In this document: positions 1 through 11,760 of the stretch, in pieces
How positions within the stretch are numbered: position 1 is the stretch's first letter
How the letters are laid out: each line of letters starts with the position of its first letter
NCBI RefSeq assembly: GCF_009834535.1
Contig: NC_045706.1
Coordinates: 72,478,001 to 72,542,000, forward strand
Source of the DNA: Camelus ferus
Lineage: Eukaryota
DNA: 64,000 nucleotides
Direction of reading: 5' to 3'
Translations under genes and position numbers: made by a program
Notes under the pieces: model-generated
What the model was told of the DNA's origin: nothing
The model's input: the letters and a program-made list of their open reading frames with translations, nothing else
The model's database searches: none

Positions 1-399
1 CACAGTGCCAGTCTTAGTCCAGAACCAGTCTTCTTGGTGGCACTGGGCTCCTGTGTGACAATGATATCGGAGATACTGCAGGTGTAGACATGGGCCAACG
101 AGTGGGCTGGTCCAGTTTGCTCTGCTGGGCTTTCCCTGCCTTTTCCTGCCATGACACACGTGCTGCTTCGTTTGCCATTTTCTAGGGCATCCACTGTAGC
201 TGTTGTAAGTTGACTCTCGCTCTTTGGTGACCCCCACTCTGGTCCCACGTCTCCGGTGGTGAGCCTGGCTTGCTTCCCTCTGTAAATGGAGCGTGTTTTC
301 CCCTTTACCCTGTACGGGTTCCTCTCTCCTCCTTCCCCACTCCCCCTCCCCCGCTCCCAAGCTCGGCTCTCTCCTTCTGACTGGTGGTTTAGTTCTACT

Positions 400-1310
400 A
401 GTTGGTAGGAAAGGAGTGTTAAAACCCCCAACTGTGATGATGAAAGTGGTCATTTCTTCCTTAATTCTAGTTGATTTTTACTTCATTTATTCTACAGCTG
501 TTATCAATACATACAGATTTTATGACTATATCCGTCTTTCTAATTTAAGTGTTTTTAGTGTTTTTCTTGTAGACAGCAAAATCTCACCTCTAAAAAAGTA
601 GTTGATAATCTGTCTTTTATGCAGTGTATCTAGTCCATTTACATGTAATTACTTTAAATTTATACTTAAGGCTGCCATCTTGTTGTTTGTCCTTTGTCCC
701 TTCTGATTTTGTCTCCAATCCTTCTTTCCTGTTTTCTTTTGAATTATTTAAATATATTTTAAATTCCATTTTACTACATCCATTGGGTTTTTAGCTATGT
801 TTCTTTCCATTACGTTTTTGTGACTGCCCTAAGGGTTGTACTATACACTAAGGGAGTACACATTCTTAACTCTTCACTGTCTGCTTAGAGTAAATATTAC
901 ACTGCTTCATATAAAAATGTAGAAATCTTGTAATTCCCCCCAACAGTGTGCTACCCTTTACAATTGCTTCATATATTATATTTACATAACATTATAGACT
1001 CTTCAAGATGTTATATATGTTTTACTTTAAACTGTCAGTGTTTAAAAGAAATTATATTTTCCTATGTGTTTACCATTTCCAGTGCTGGTTACTCCTTCCT
1101 GAAGATGCATGTTTCCCTTTGGTATCATTTCCCTTCAACTTGAACTTTCTTTAAGGTTCTAATATACAGGCCTGCTGCTGACAAATACTTGAGTGTCTTT
1201 ATATCACCTTCATTCTTGAAGTATGTTTTCCTGGGATATAGACTTCTGGTTGACAGGGTCTCTCCTGCCCTGGGACTTTAAAGACGTTGTCCCCCTGTCT
1301 TCTGGGGAAA
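400..1310 (-). mobile_element. Old L1 (L1M-type) fragment, ORF1 end / ORF2 endonuclease start
   Basis: Antisense L1 signatures such as gtgttaaaacccccaactgtgatg and ttcttgaagtatgttttcctgggatatagacttctggttgacag...ctttaaagacgttgtcc; heavily decayed. Confidence 0.7.
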
Positions 1311-1804
1311 AGGACTGCTTGTGTGGGAGGTTGTAGCTGTTGTGTGCAGCACCATTACGGAAGCTGGCCTCAGGCCCCGGGCCATTCTCGTCCTGTTCAA
1401 CTCCCCCTCACCCCAGAATATGCCTCCTTTGTTCACTCTCAGAGCCTTCAAGTGGTTGCTTACACATTTTGTTCAGCGTTTATAGTTTCTATTGGTGGGA
1501 GGGTTGGTCTCTTGGAAGCTTACTCAGCCACACAGGAATGGGACTTTAGAACTTGTTTGAAATCTCTTTTCTACACTGCTTCCCCAAAGCAGAATTTAAA
1601 ATAGAATGTTGAAAAAGTCATTACATATATTTTATTAATTTGTTATTTACAATAGTAGTAAGTTTGAAGGGCAATAGGAAAATGTCATTATTTTTTTCCA
1701 AGTGCCAATTTACTTTGACCTTTGCAATATTAAATCTTTGTGGTTCTCAGCTTTTAGTTCCCTGGTTAATCTTCATGAGGTTCTTTTTGTGACCTCTCTA
1801 TTTT

Positions 1805-2221
1805 TGTTTCTATTTTATTTTATTATTATTTTTTTAAATTGAAGTACCGTCAGTTACAGTGTGTCAAGTTTCTGGTGTACAGCACAGTGTCCCAGTCATG
1901 CATATACATAACATTTGTCTTCATATTTTTTATTAAAGGTTATTACAAGGTATTAAACATAGTTCCCTGTGGTATATATACAGCAGAAACTTTTTTAAAA
2001 ATCTATTTTTATGTATTATTTGTAAATCTCAAACTCCCAAATTTATCCCTTCCCACCCCCTTTCCCCAGTAACCATAAGATTGTTAACTATGTCTGCAAG
2101 TCTGTTTGTTTTGTAGATGAGCTCATAATGTCCTTTTTCTTTCTCTTTTTGTTTTAGATTCCACATGAGTGATATCATATCATATGGTATTTTTCGTTCT
2201 CTTTCTGGCTGACTTTACTTA
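1805..2221 (-). mobile_element. 5'-truncated younger L1 3'UTR
   Basis: T-rich head followed by aaattgaagtaccgtcagttacag...gtaaccataagattg...tagattccacatgagtgatatc...ctttctggctgactttactt, a typical artiodactyl L1 3' end in antisense. Confidence 0.85.
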
Positions 2222-2479
2222 AAATGTTTTAAATACTGGTTCAACATGACCTCAGACTTAAAAAAAAAAAAATCTATTCCTGATTCCCTAGGCAATTTTG
2301 ACAACCACCTGAATGCAGACAGCTCCTCCATCATTTTTTAAATCTCCAGAACTGCAACCTCTTGAGTTCCTGATCAATAGCCTCCATCTTCTAGAAGCAG
2401 CTGCCTGGATGTACAGCGCACGTTAGGGATTTCTCACTCCCTTTCACTCCCTAACTTTTACCTTCTCTCGCTCTCACTT

Positions 2480-2680
2480 ATTTACTCACTGAATCAATAC
2501 ATCTTTATTGAGCGCCATGTACTGCTTTTAATGTTACAGATTTAGTACTGAGGGAAAAAAAGTGTCAATTTAAATTTGAGCAGGTGATTGACTACATACT
2601 TATAACCATCTATGTGTTATCAGGTGGTGAAAAGCACTGTGAAGAAAATGAAGCCAGTTAAAGGGATACAGACTCAGGAG
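2480..2680 (-). mobile_element. L2 3' fragment
   Basis: tcactgaatcaatacatctttattgagcgcc...caggtggtgaaaagcactgtgaagaaaatgaagc resembles the antisense L2 3' end. Confidence 0.65.
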
Positions 2681-2833
2681 TTGCTCTTCCTGCTAGAGTT
2701 CTCTGTCCCCCGGTCACTTGTCTAACTCGCACTTACCCTCTAGATTTAGCATCTTGTATTCTTTAGCTCTCAACTCCCGCCAGCACCCCTCCCCCCATAT
2801 ATGCACCTCCTTAGTGGATTTATCTTAATTCTT

Positions 2834-2953
2834 TATCTGGTGGGAGAGGTAATCAGGTTTATTTATTTTTTTTAGAGGAGGGACTGGGGGTCGAATCCAG
2901 GACCCACATGCATGCTAAGCATGTGCTCTACCACTTGAGCTACACCCTCCCCC
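2834..2953 (-). mobile_element. tRNA-derived SINE, camelid Vic-1 type
   Basis: Minus strand GGGGGAGGGTGTAGCTCAAGTGGTAGAGCACATGCTTAGCATGCATGTGGGTCCTGGATTCGACCCCCAGTCCCTCC plus an A-rich tail with the ACCTGATTACCTCTCCC motif; A and B boxes present. Confidence 0.9.
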
Positions 2954-3024
2954 ATTTTGCACTCTTTGAATTGGATATTATAATGAATTTTAATTGCTTT
3001 ATACTTATTCTCCTCCAACTTTAT

Positions 3025-3200
3025 ATTCAGGTTTTTTTCTTTAAAAATTATTTTTATTGCAGCCACATTGGTTTACAACAGTATGTGTTTCATGTGTACA
3101 AACGCTGTATTTTGACTTCTGTACACACTACAGCATGCACACCACCAGAAGTTTAGTTTCTGTCTGTCATCATGCACCCTCTTTTAACCACTCTGCCCTT
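3025..3200 (-). mobile_element. L1 3'-end fragment
   Basis: ttttattgcagccacattggtttacaacagtatgtgtttcatgtgtacaaac...ctacagcatgcacaccaccagaagtttagtttc, an antisense L1 terminus. Confidence 0.7.
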
Positions 3201-3744
3201 GGACCAGGCCTTGGCTGGCACAAGCCATGTACAGGTGATGAAAGAGTTTATACTGAAAAATTCAATATCAGACTTAACTGCGAAGATTATTTGTGAAGAA
3301 AAAGAAACTCCATACTTTTCTATCAGCATAATGCTTAGTTTTTATTCCATGTCTGCTTCTGTCCCCATCTCTTGTGCCCCATGTTCTCGTTTGCCTTTTC
3401 GTTTTCCAGTAACCCTTCACCACTTAGATGATATTTTTGTATCATCTAATTTGTAACTTTTAGAAATAAGATTTCTCAAATAAGTGGGAAATACGTCTTC
3501 CTTAAAATTGTATAAGGAAAATACAAACTTAAAAAAACTATGTTTTGATGTAGCAGAATGATTATTTTACTTCTAAAACCCAGCATTCATCAAATACTTA
3601 ACTACTAACAACTGTTAAGCCTGAAATAAGAACTTTAAAAAAAGCCCCAAGACGATCTAACATATTTCCCCACTGTGTTAAATATGATGGCTGCATTCTC
3701 CAAGTATCTTTAGGTGATAACATACACAACAGGCATAGAACTCT

Positions 3745-3762
3745 TTTATTATTCATTTTATT
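3745..3762 (-). terminator. Candidate distal poly(A) signal (AATAAA twice)
   Basis: Minus strand AATAAAATGAATAATAAAAG followed by GU-rich CCTGTTGTGTATGTT (~3718-3732). Confidence 0.5.
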
Positions 3763-4279
3763 TTCATATAAATTAACATCCTAGAAACACTAAAAATAGA
3801 AACACTAAATACAGTATTGCACATAGCGATCTTTGTTAAATGCCCTATTATATCATTGAAGAATGGTGATATACACACTGGAGGGACTGAAGGAGACAGG
3901 AAGACTATAAAACAACAACCAGAGTCACTACGGTTTCTTTGCACTTAAACTACAAACTGAAAGGTAAGAGACCATACTTTACATAAATACAAACATAGTT
4001 ATGAGAAGATTTTCTTTTTAAGTTGCTTTCCATACTCGGTTGGCAGTAGCAGTAATTCTCCCCTTTATCTGTAAGCATACCCCAACAAATATCATTAAAA
4101 GAATTTTTAAAAAAAAACTATTAATGTTAGAGAAAACCATCACAATGCACCATGAGCTGACTTTAAAATATTCTCAGAAACAGTGGAAGATTTCCTTTTT
4201 TTCCTCTAAAGTAAAATAAAATGAAATCTTTTCCTAGGCTCCTTCAGATGATAAATCTTTGCACGCTCATTTTATAACT

Positions 4280-4285
4280 TTTAAT
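4280..4285 (-). terminator. Candidate proximal poly(A) signal ATTAAA
   Basis: ATTAAA followed about 20 nt later by a CA dinucleotide (~4262) and a U-rich tract (ATTTCATTTTATTTTACTTT, ~4207-4226). A second ATTAAA lies at 4344-4349. Confidence 0.55.
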
Positions 4286-4626
4286 CAACTGCCATAACAC
4301 ATAAAGACAACCTCAGCCATGTCAAAATATTCAGGCAGCTGAGTTTAATGAACAAGTTCTAGGTAGATGCCAATCCATCCAAAATTTACTCTTTTTTGGT
4401 CAATAGTCATGTTTGGCAATTTCATGAGCATCACTTATTTAAATTCATTCAAAGTGTTGTGTCATTTTCTTTGTGAAGGGCAATGGTCAAAGTTACAGAG
4501 AGGCACACCTTTGGTTTAATTTAGCTTTGTTGCAGATTGGCTTTATGTAGGGTCCCAAAGGACGTGATCTGATAAAAGTCCTCATTAAACTTAAAACTCT
4601 GATTCCTGCCTGTTTGAAATGATTTA

Positions 4627-4693
4627 TAGGAAGAGTTTTCCTTTTGCTACAGTTTTTCTAGGAAGAGTTTTCCTTTTGCTACAGTTTTTCTAG
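4627..4693. repeat. Perfect 32-bp tandem duplication in the FMN2 3'UTR
   Basis: taggaagagttttccttttgctacagtttttc at 4627-4658 and 4659-4690, followed by tag. Confidence 0.97.
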
Positions 4694-5278
4694 TCATTAT
4701 CTGATGAGTAAAAAAAAATGATAATCTTCTTTCACAAATATATAGTTACAGAGACCAAAGCTGGGAAAGCCTTGACTATGATATATATAAATGGTACTTA
4801 AATTTTAAAATAGAAAATTTATAGGTAGACATGAAACTGATACAAACAATTCACTAGAAAGAACATTTAACCATAAATCTAAATGCAGTGATGCGGAGTG
4901 CCGGTTGTCAGTGGAAGGGAAAGAGTTTTGCTGTGATGAGGAGTATTCTCACGTAAGTAAATGCTGGGTTACTGTCTAGCATGTTCAGATCAGTGCAGAC
5001 TCTGCCCCTTGCACATGCTGTCGTGGTCTGTCGGCACAATACCATACAAGTCTACAGAAAGAAAAGGTGGCAGATTCTGCACTGGTCTACTGCTTTCGCA
5101 TTTTTGTATGAATGTACTGTAAAATTCAACATTCAGTGAACTGTCTGGAAAACACAAAGATTATGCAGGAGATCAAGAAGAAAAGTGATCAAAATGATGA
5201 GTTTCCTTCTCGCCTTCAGGTCGGAAGAGTTTTGTGGAAGTGGTTGCAGTGACTCATTTTCATTCTGCTTTTTGTTGT

Positions 5279-5305
5279 TCAGGTTTTCATGCTTATTTTT
5301 GCTTT
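5279..5305 (-). CDS. FMN2: Formin-2 terminal exon coding part (exon 18 equivalent)
   Basis: catttattttcag|AAA GCA AAA ATA AGC ATG AAA ACC TGA = KAKISMKT*, the known FMN2 C-terminus. Confidence 0.95.
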   Translation of the reverse strand, partial: KAKISMKT

Positions 5306-6615
5306 CTGAAAATAAATGCAGCAGATTAAAGAGTTACCGTTAGAAAGAACTTTAAGAAATGTATGGAGTTTACAATATAGCCCAAACAAGATCTCTTTCA
5401 TTTGGATCAAACGCCAAGAAAAGGTTAAAGATCTATCAGTTCATACAGGAAAAAAAAAGATGAGTAGAATCTGTTTTATCTTTTAAAATATTCACTAAGA
5501 CAAGTTACCAAATGTTCTTGAGAAAAATTCTTTATAATTTAGCTTTTAGTCGATGTGAATGAGTACCAACTCACCTTTCTCATTGTCAATCCTGTGTGCA
5601 AAGGCACACACATGAAAACTGCATCGATGCTTCATTCCGTGGCTTATGTGATTTAATTCTCTTCTAGCCTTACAATAGTGTAACTGTGGTTAACCAATTA
5701 ATAATTATTCCTTCTCATTCTATACACCTTGAAGATTGTACTTTAATCAAAAAGACAGAACATAAACCAAACCATAACACAATACTTGTCATTAGACAAG
5801 CTTTTGATACAGAGAACCTGAAGGGGAGATATCTTTTAAATGAAGATACAATTTCTAACTTTGTCTAAACAGGGCTGTTTAATCACATTCCAGTTTGGGT
5901 TATTTTAATATCTTTCCCATTTAGACAATATTAGACTAATTTGATTCAAAATGCTCCTATTCTAAGGCCTAGCCCAACTTTTTACTTAAAACAGCATTGG
6001 TTACTTACTCCGTGACACCAAGTGATAATCCCTCAAAACACTCAACAAAACATTGACAGTACCGTAAGGGAAAACTCCTCATTGTCACCAGCCCTTCCCT
6101 CCCCGGGGGCCCGACTTGGCATTTTATTTTGAAGCAGTGGGCAGAGAGGAGGCTCACATCGGCTGGTTACACTCCGTCTGCTGGCTGACGGCTGCCAAGC
6201 CTCAGTGCCGCGGCGCCGTGTACGGGAACGGGCCAGGTCTGAGCAGAGGACATCACACTGCACCTGGCACTTCCCATCATGTTTCAGATCCCAGTGGTGC
6301 TCATCCAGTTACAACAGCTGTGCCGTGCTCCGTGTGTGCTGATGAAAGTGAAAGGCTGCCCCCCACTCCCACCAGCACACGCACCCCTTAGTGGATTTAT
6401 CTTAATTCTTAAGCTTCTAATGCTGAACATCAAGCTTCCCTTAGCCTTTTGGGCCTGATTAAAGGCATAAGGACAAGGGGATTCACGTCAGAAGCTCATT
6501 GTTCATTCAGACTTCCGAGGAAAGTAATTCAGGTATTATCAGATGAGTTTGTATATATTGAGAAAACAGTGTTTAAAAGCCAAAGAAAATCACAAGTTAA
6601 AAAACAGAATAGTTA

Positions 6616-6792
<177 letters not shown>

Positions 6793-9700
6793 TTATTAAG
6801 GATTTGATTTATTAGAGAAAATAATACCACATACACAGGAATGTTATCTGACATTTGACTTAAAAACAGAATATTAGAGCTAGAGGTCACCCAGGGGTTC
6901 TTAACATCCAGGGGAATCAAAGGATGTTGAATGGACTGGTACACAAATAGTTTACATTTTTAGGAATACACTTTATCCTATATTAAAGGAGCTATATAAA
7001 GGAAAGGAAAGAAATATCTTTCATTTTCAGGTGAAGGTGCTGAGACTGGGTCTATTACATAAATAGGGTTGGCACTATTAATTATTTTAATACTTCTGAT
7101 TTATGTAAATACACAGAATCAAATAAAAACTCATATGCTTATTTAAAATAATTTATGTAATCTGTGTATCCATGCATGAAAGTCGTGCAATGAATACTTG
7201 GGACAGTTTTTTAAAAAACTGAGCTACATTAAGCATGGGGACCAGTCATTTGAAAACAGAAAAAAGTGAGCAATAATAATGTTTTAACACTTGCAGGATT
7301 TTTTTTAAACACTTCAAGGAAACAGTATTGAGTTTACCAGTTAAAAGCTAAGTTCTGCATTCAGTTCTGGCCCTGCTGTTTGATGCTGGCTAACGCCCTG
7401 CCACCACTGCCCTTTGCATTCTCTCAGAGAGTCAGAGCGCTCAGTAATATATAACAGCATCACGATTACTACTACACAGCATTGTTGCCAAGATCAAAAG
7501 TTTTAAAAGTTCTTTATAAATTATAAAATACTATAAAAAGTTATGAATGATTGCTTTAACTAAATAAATAGTAAGAAATCAGTAAACGAATTCTCTTTTT
7601 TGAATTCTCTTAATAAAAAGAGGGGCCATAAGAAAGAAAATAACCTATTAGGTCAATTTACTATTATTATTGTGATTTTCATTGGGAATTAAAAATAGTG
7701 TTTCTGGAGAAACTAAAAAAGGCCATGACTTAATAAAAGACTTGTGTTATGTATATCTTGAAGCCTATTTCCTGAAAGAAATGGGTTATAAATCTATTTC
7801 TTGAGCCTGATGGCAAACATTCTAATGATAAAATTCATCTCCTATACAGCTGAATAAATGCCTGTTTTTTAAACAGAATGAAACAAATCACCTAGTGCAG
7901 CAGCTGTCGGATTACTGTCACCACTTAACGTTAAAGCATGACAAATGAAGGTAATTCCTTTTGGATGTAAAATGCCTGCTAAGTTGATATTGTTAGTAAT
8001 TTCAGAAAATGATGACAATTTATAAGATACTCCATTGTTACCACTTGTATTACTTTCTTCCCAAGCCATAAATTGCCTTTAATATTTTCTCCAAACATTT
8101 GAATACAAAAACATTTTGTTTATATAACAGACTAAAGATTGCAGAGCTCCCATCTTCCTCTGAAATAACTACCAGTAAATACAAGTTGAACTATTTGGAC
8201 AAGGAGTTAAGAAAATCTTTTTTTTCTTTTGTTAGCACTTAGCCAAAATCCAATAGATCCCCTCTTAAATTTACCAGGAACTCTTTAAAGCATTTTGTGA
8301 CTTTAAAAAAATCTACTTTGCAAGTATTTAAATCACCTTATTTAAGATCATCTTAATTTTCCCACTATCTTATTTTGCTCTTAAAACACATTTTTAGAAG
8401 TATCACAGGAAGCTGAATCTAATACAAACATTTGATTTTACACAAAAACAAATCCAGCTGTTCCTTACAGCAGAGACAATAAAAGTGAAAAGAGAACGTG
8501 GCTCAGGGAACCCTGGCAGGTCTCTTGGGCCGTTCATGTGATGGTCATTATGGAGGTCAGGCACTGGGCTCAGCTTGACTTTGAGGACAGTTTAAATCCA
8601 GCGTCTAAAGGAGTGAGACCAACAGCCACCAGCAAATCCCACTGGCCTGTGGAGCATGAGTACCTGGGTCGGCAGAAGCCCAGCTGTGGCCCCGGGAGGT
8701 TCCTGGGGTTGGCGGGAGGGGTTACAGGAATCCTTCCGGAGCAGGTTGACAGGTGAGCTTTATGTCAAAGAGAAATCTTAATTTTCCATACCTGTGTTAG
8801 AAGGGGAAATGGGACTGGGGAGAGAGAGAAGAGCGCTACAGAGTAACCTGGGCAGGGCTGGGGAGTCGGGGAGCGTGTCTCCCTTCTGCTGCCGCAGGAC
8901 CCCCGGCACTCAGGCCAGAGCCCACGCCCGCCTTCTGGTTCATGCCTCAGTGAGAAGTCACTGCATCCTCCGCACCTCTAGGCACGCACACATCAGTGAT
9001 TTGGGACGTGGAGCACTGAGCACCAGAATCCTGAACAGGATTCAAATCTGGGAGCAGGACAATCACGGTGAATTAGTTAAAATGCGGTTCCCAGGCCCAC
9101 TTTTCTCCCTCCTGGTTGCATCCCTCTGGGATGCGTTTAGAAGCGGCACCAGGAGAATCTGCTGTAGGCGGCCCGTGGGCACCACTTCGAGAGGCAGCGC
9201 CCTGAAAGCCAGGAAGTCGCCCTGAAGCCCGGGCAGCCACGCGGTGCCCCTAGACAGCCGCACCTGCTCGCCCCTCTAGCGACGCCATGCACCCCAGGGC
9301 CCCGGCCCCAGCCCTCTTAGGCTTCCTAGCAAACCTTGTTGGAATTTTATCTCAACAAAATTCTGACAAGACGTTTTCCCCACACTTTTAGGCAGGAAAA
9401 AAGAACGCACCCCTGGAGGTGAGATACTCTGCCAGAGTGGGTAGGAATGAGAAAAATGAGGGAAGCCGGGTGGGGAGGGCCATGAGCAGCTTCCTACTTG
9501 GGCCTCCACCTGGGCGTCTGGGGGGAGCTCGCCAGCTACGTGTTCAGGCCTGAGTAGCCTCTTCCCCTCCTGCCTCGCCCCTCATTCAACGATGCCTAAA
9601 ATTTCTTAAACTGAGTAGGAAAAAGGTGTTCATTTCAATAACTAGATACGAAGTGAAAAGGCACGGTGACGATAACGTTTCAAATAAAAATGACCAACAT

Positions 9701-11692
9701 GTCCTATTTGGAAAGGAGTGAAAAAAGGGCTGGTACTGCGTTTCCGAAGAGAGAAAGCAGACGCCGCGAGGAAGGAGAAGCCAGGGCGTGGCTGAAGGAG
9801 CCCATCCTTCGCCTGCGCTGTTTACCGTCCACTTGGGACGGGTCCGTGGCCGGCGTGCAGACAGAGCTACTGGGCGTGAGTCCTAAACACGTTTTTTTTT
9901 TTTTTAAACATGGCTGCGTTCACACAACGGGGGCTGCCAGGACATTCGGTAATCAAGGGTTTTTCCTATTAGAGAACTAAAAAGGGAAGTGGAAATTTTT
10001 CAAATGGTATCTTTGGTAGGCTGATTCTAACAGCTGCTACTTCTGATCAGCAGTCTAGATCACACAAGGAAAGTAAGAACAAAAACAATGATGAAAACTT
10101 CTCTCATCACTTCTGGTGGTTTTGGAAAAACAGTAACAGAAAGCAGAGACTGAATAGGAGGAGACTAAACAGTATATTATGGCTATAAAATTTGATGTTT
10201 ATGTTAAATTTTGGTGTAGTATCTTATTGTCTATGAAACTTCACATACAACAGTGTGCTGAATACATTTCAAAAGTGCACTTACCCCTCAGAAGACCAAA
10301 AGTAATAAAAAAAAAAAAAAATGAGGCATTCCTCTATCTTTTAAGGGAGAATTTAGTTATGGGAAATCTGTCCAAAAGACAGAGGGAATCAGGTTTGCTA
10401 AGCAGAGTAGATGATGAGTTTGAGCAAACAATTTTTGCTGTTAACTGTTGTTCTGGCACTGGTCAGAGAGTTAGAAAAATGGATGAGTGATGCCCAGAAA
10501 ATGGCATCTTGCTCCCGACAAAGACCAATCTTTGACCGATCCTGAATAGTATTTTTGAAAAAATTAAACTTTTCTCTTTCTTAAATACATGTAAGGAATT
10601 TAGCTTTTACTTGACGGCACCTTCATCACTGCTGTGCGCTGACACAGGCCACCCTCTAAGCTAAAGCGCGGACAGCAGTTTGCCCATGTGCTGACCCAGC
10701 ACCGTAGCATTGTGGGACTTGACTTCGTAGACAGTTTTAAAGTCTTCTCTTTGTTCCTAGGATGGCAGGTTGTGACCACTTCTCCCAGTGCCAGCGCACC
10801 TGCCTTACGCAGAGAGACTCTATTTTCTTTAAGAAATTATCTTCTCTGAGCAGGGGGAAACCAGATAACTAAGCTCATTTAAACGAGCCTCAAATTAAAG
10901 CAGTAACACTCCGAGTTCAGTCCCAGCTAAACAGATAGTGTTCCTGGACTTGGAGGCAGTCAATTCAACTCTCCAGGGCTTCCCCCTCACTCCGCACCTC
11001 CCACATACTTGAGGGCTCACAGCTGTATCTGTAAGGTCAGGGAGGCCAGACGTCTGACTTACAGACAGGCAGGGCTCGACAGCTCTGAACGGCTGACGGT
11101 ATGATTCTAAGATTCTGAAGCTGGTCCTACTGCACCACCCAACCTCCTCATTCAGCAGCTTGTTTGTAAAGATGGAAAGTAGTGCTGGAATGAATGTGAA
11201 ACCTGAAATTCCAGCTTAACAAGGGAAAAGAATGTGACGCCATTAACTGGTACCGACAGATTTTGTGATCACCTACAGGACAAAGCATTTTGTGAGGAAT
11301 GTGACTATGGAATATCCCTCTTTTATAAGTCCTGGGCAAAAGTGATGGGAGGAAAACATAACATCTCTGTGAATTAAAGCTTAAAATTAAATTTAAAGAA
11401 AACTCTAATATTAAATTTCTCTTCTAAAACTAAAGTTATAAATGTAACCTAAGAAAAAGTAAATAGATTTCAATACATCTATAGATTTTTTTTATTCCCT
11501 ACATGTAAAATTTTTTAGTTTTAACAGCTTCATTTGGCTTTAATATAGTAAGCTTAGAAGTTATTAAGCATAGAAAATTTGAGTCCAGGAGACTGAGAAT
11601 ATCCTTAAGGTTTATATTATAAAGACAGAGGAAGGTGATAGAATAAAAAATATACATTATCACAGAATTTGTTGAAACAGCATAATCCATAA

Positions 11693-11760
11693 AAATATTG
11701 GATCACTAGGTTGTACACCTGAAACTAATGTAATTGCATGTCAACTATAATTACAAAAAC
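11693..11760 (+). mobile_element. Extreme 3' end of an L1
   Basis: ggatcactaggttgtacacctgaaactaatgtaattgcatgtcaactataatt followed by an A-rich end. Confidence 0.65.

Larger units (their letters stand above)
4262..5278 (-). other. FMN2: FMN2 3'UTR (to the proximal poly(A) region; the end point is approximate)
   Basis: Follows the TGA at 5279-5281; about 1 kb, AT-rich, with no recognisable interspersed repeat, ending near ATTAAA at 4280-4285. Confidence 0.7.

Noticed and set aside
3-17. 15-mer cagtgccagtcttag repeated at 19719-19733
   Set aside because: About one or two 15-mer matches are expected by chance among all position pairs in 64 kb.
2870-2953. tRNA-like sequences here and at ~13215-13291 and ~41710-41788
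   Set aside because: They have A/B boxes but diverged stems, SINE tails and (in one case) a TSD, so they are SINEs rather than tRNA genes.
5132-5305. Alternative frame of the last exon giving ESKNKHEN...RRKLIILITFLLDLLHNLCVFQTVH with a hydrophobic end
   Set aside because: Wrong phase; exon 17 ends in phase 0, which gives KAKISMKT*.
7869-8069. 66-aa minus-strand ORF in AT-rich intron
   Set aside because: No recognisable homology and no convincing splice sites.
11138-11196. Possible cassette exon GFTFIPALLSIFTNKLLNEE on the minus strand
   Set aside because: The donor (GAG|GTTGGG) and polypyrimidine tract are weak, and the peptide is not FMN2-like.
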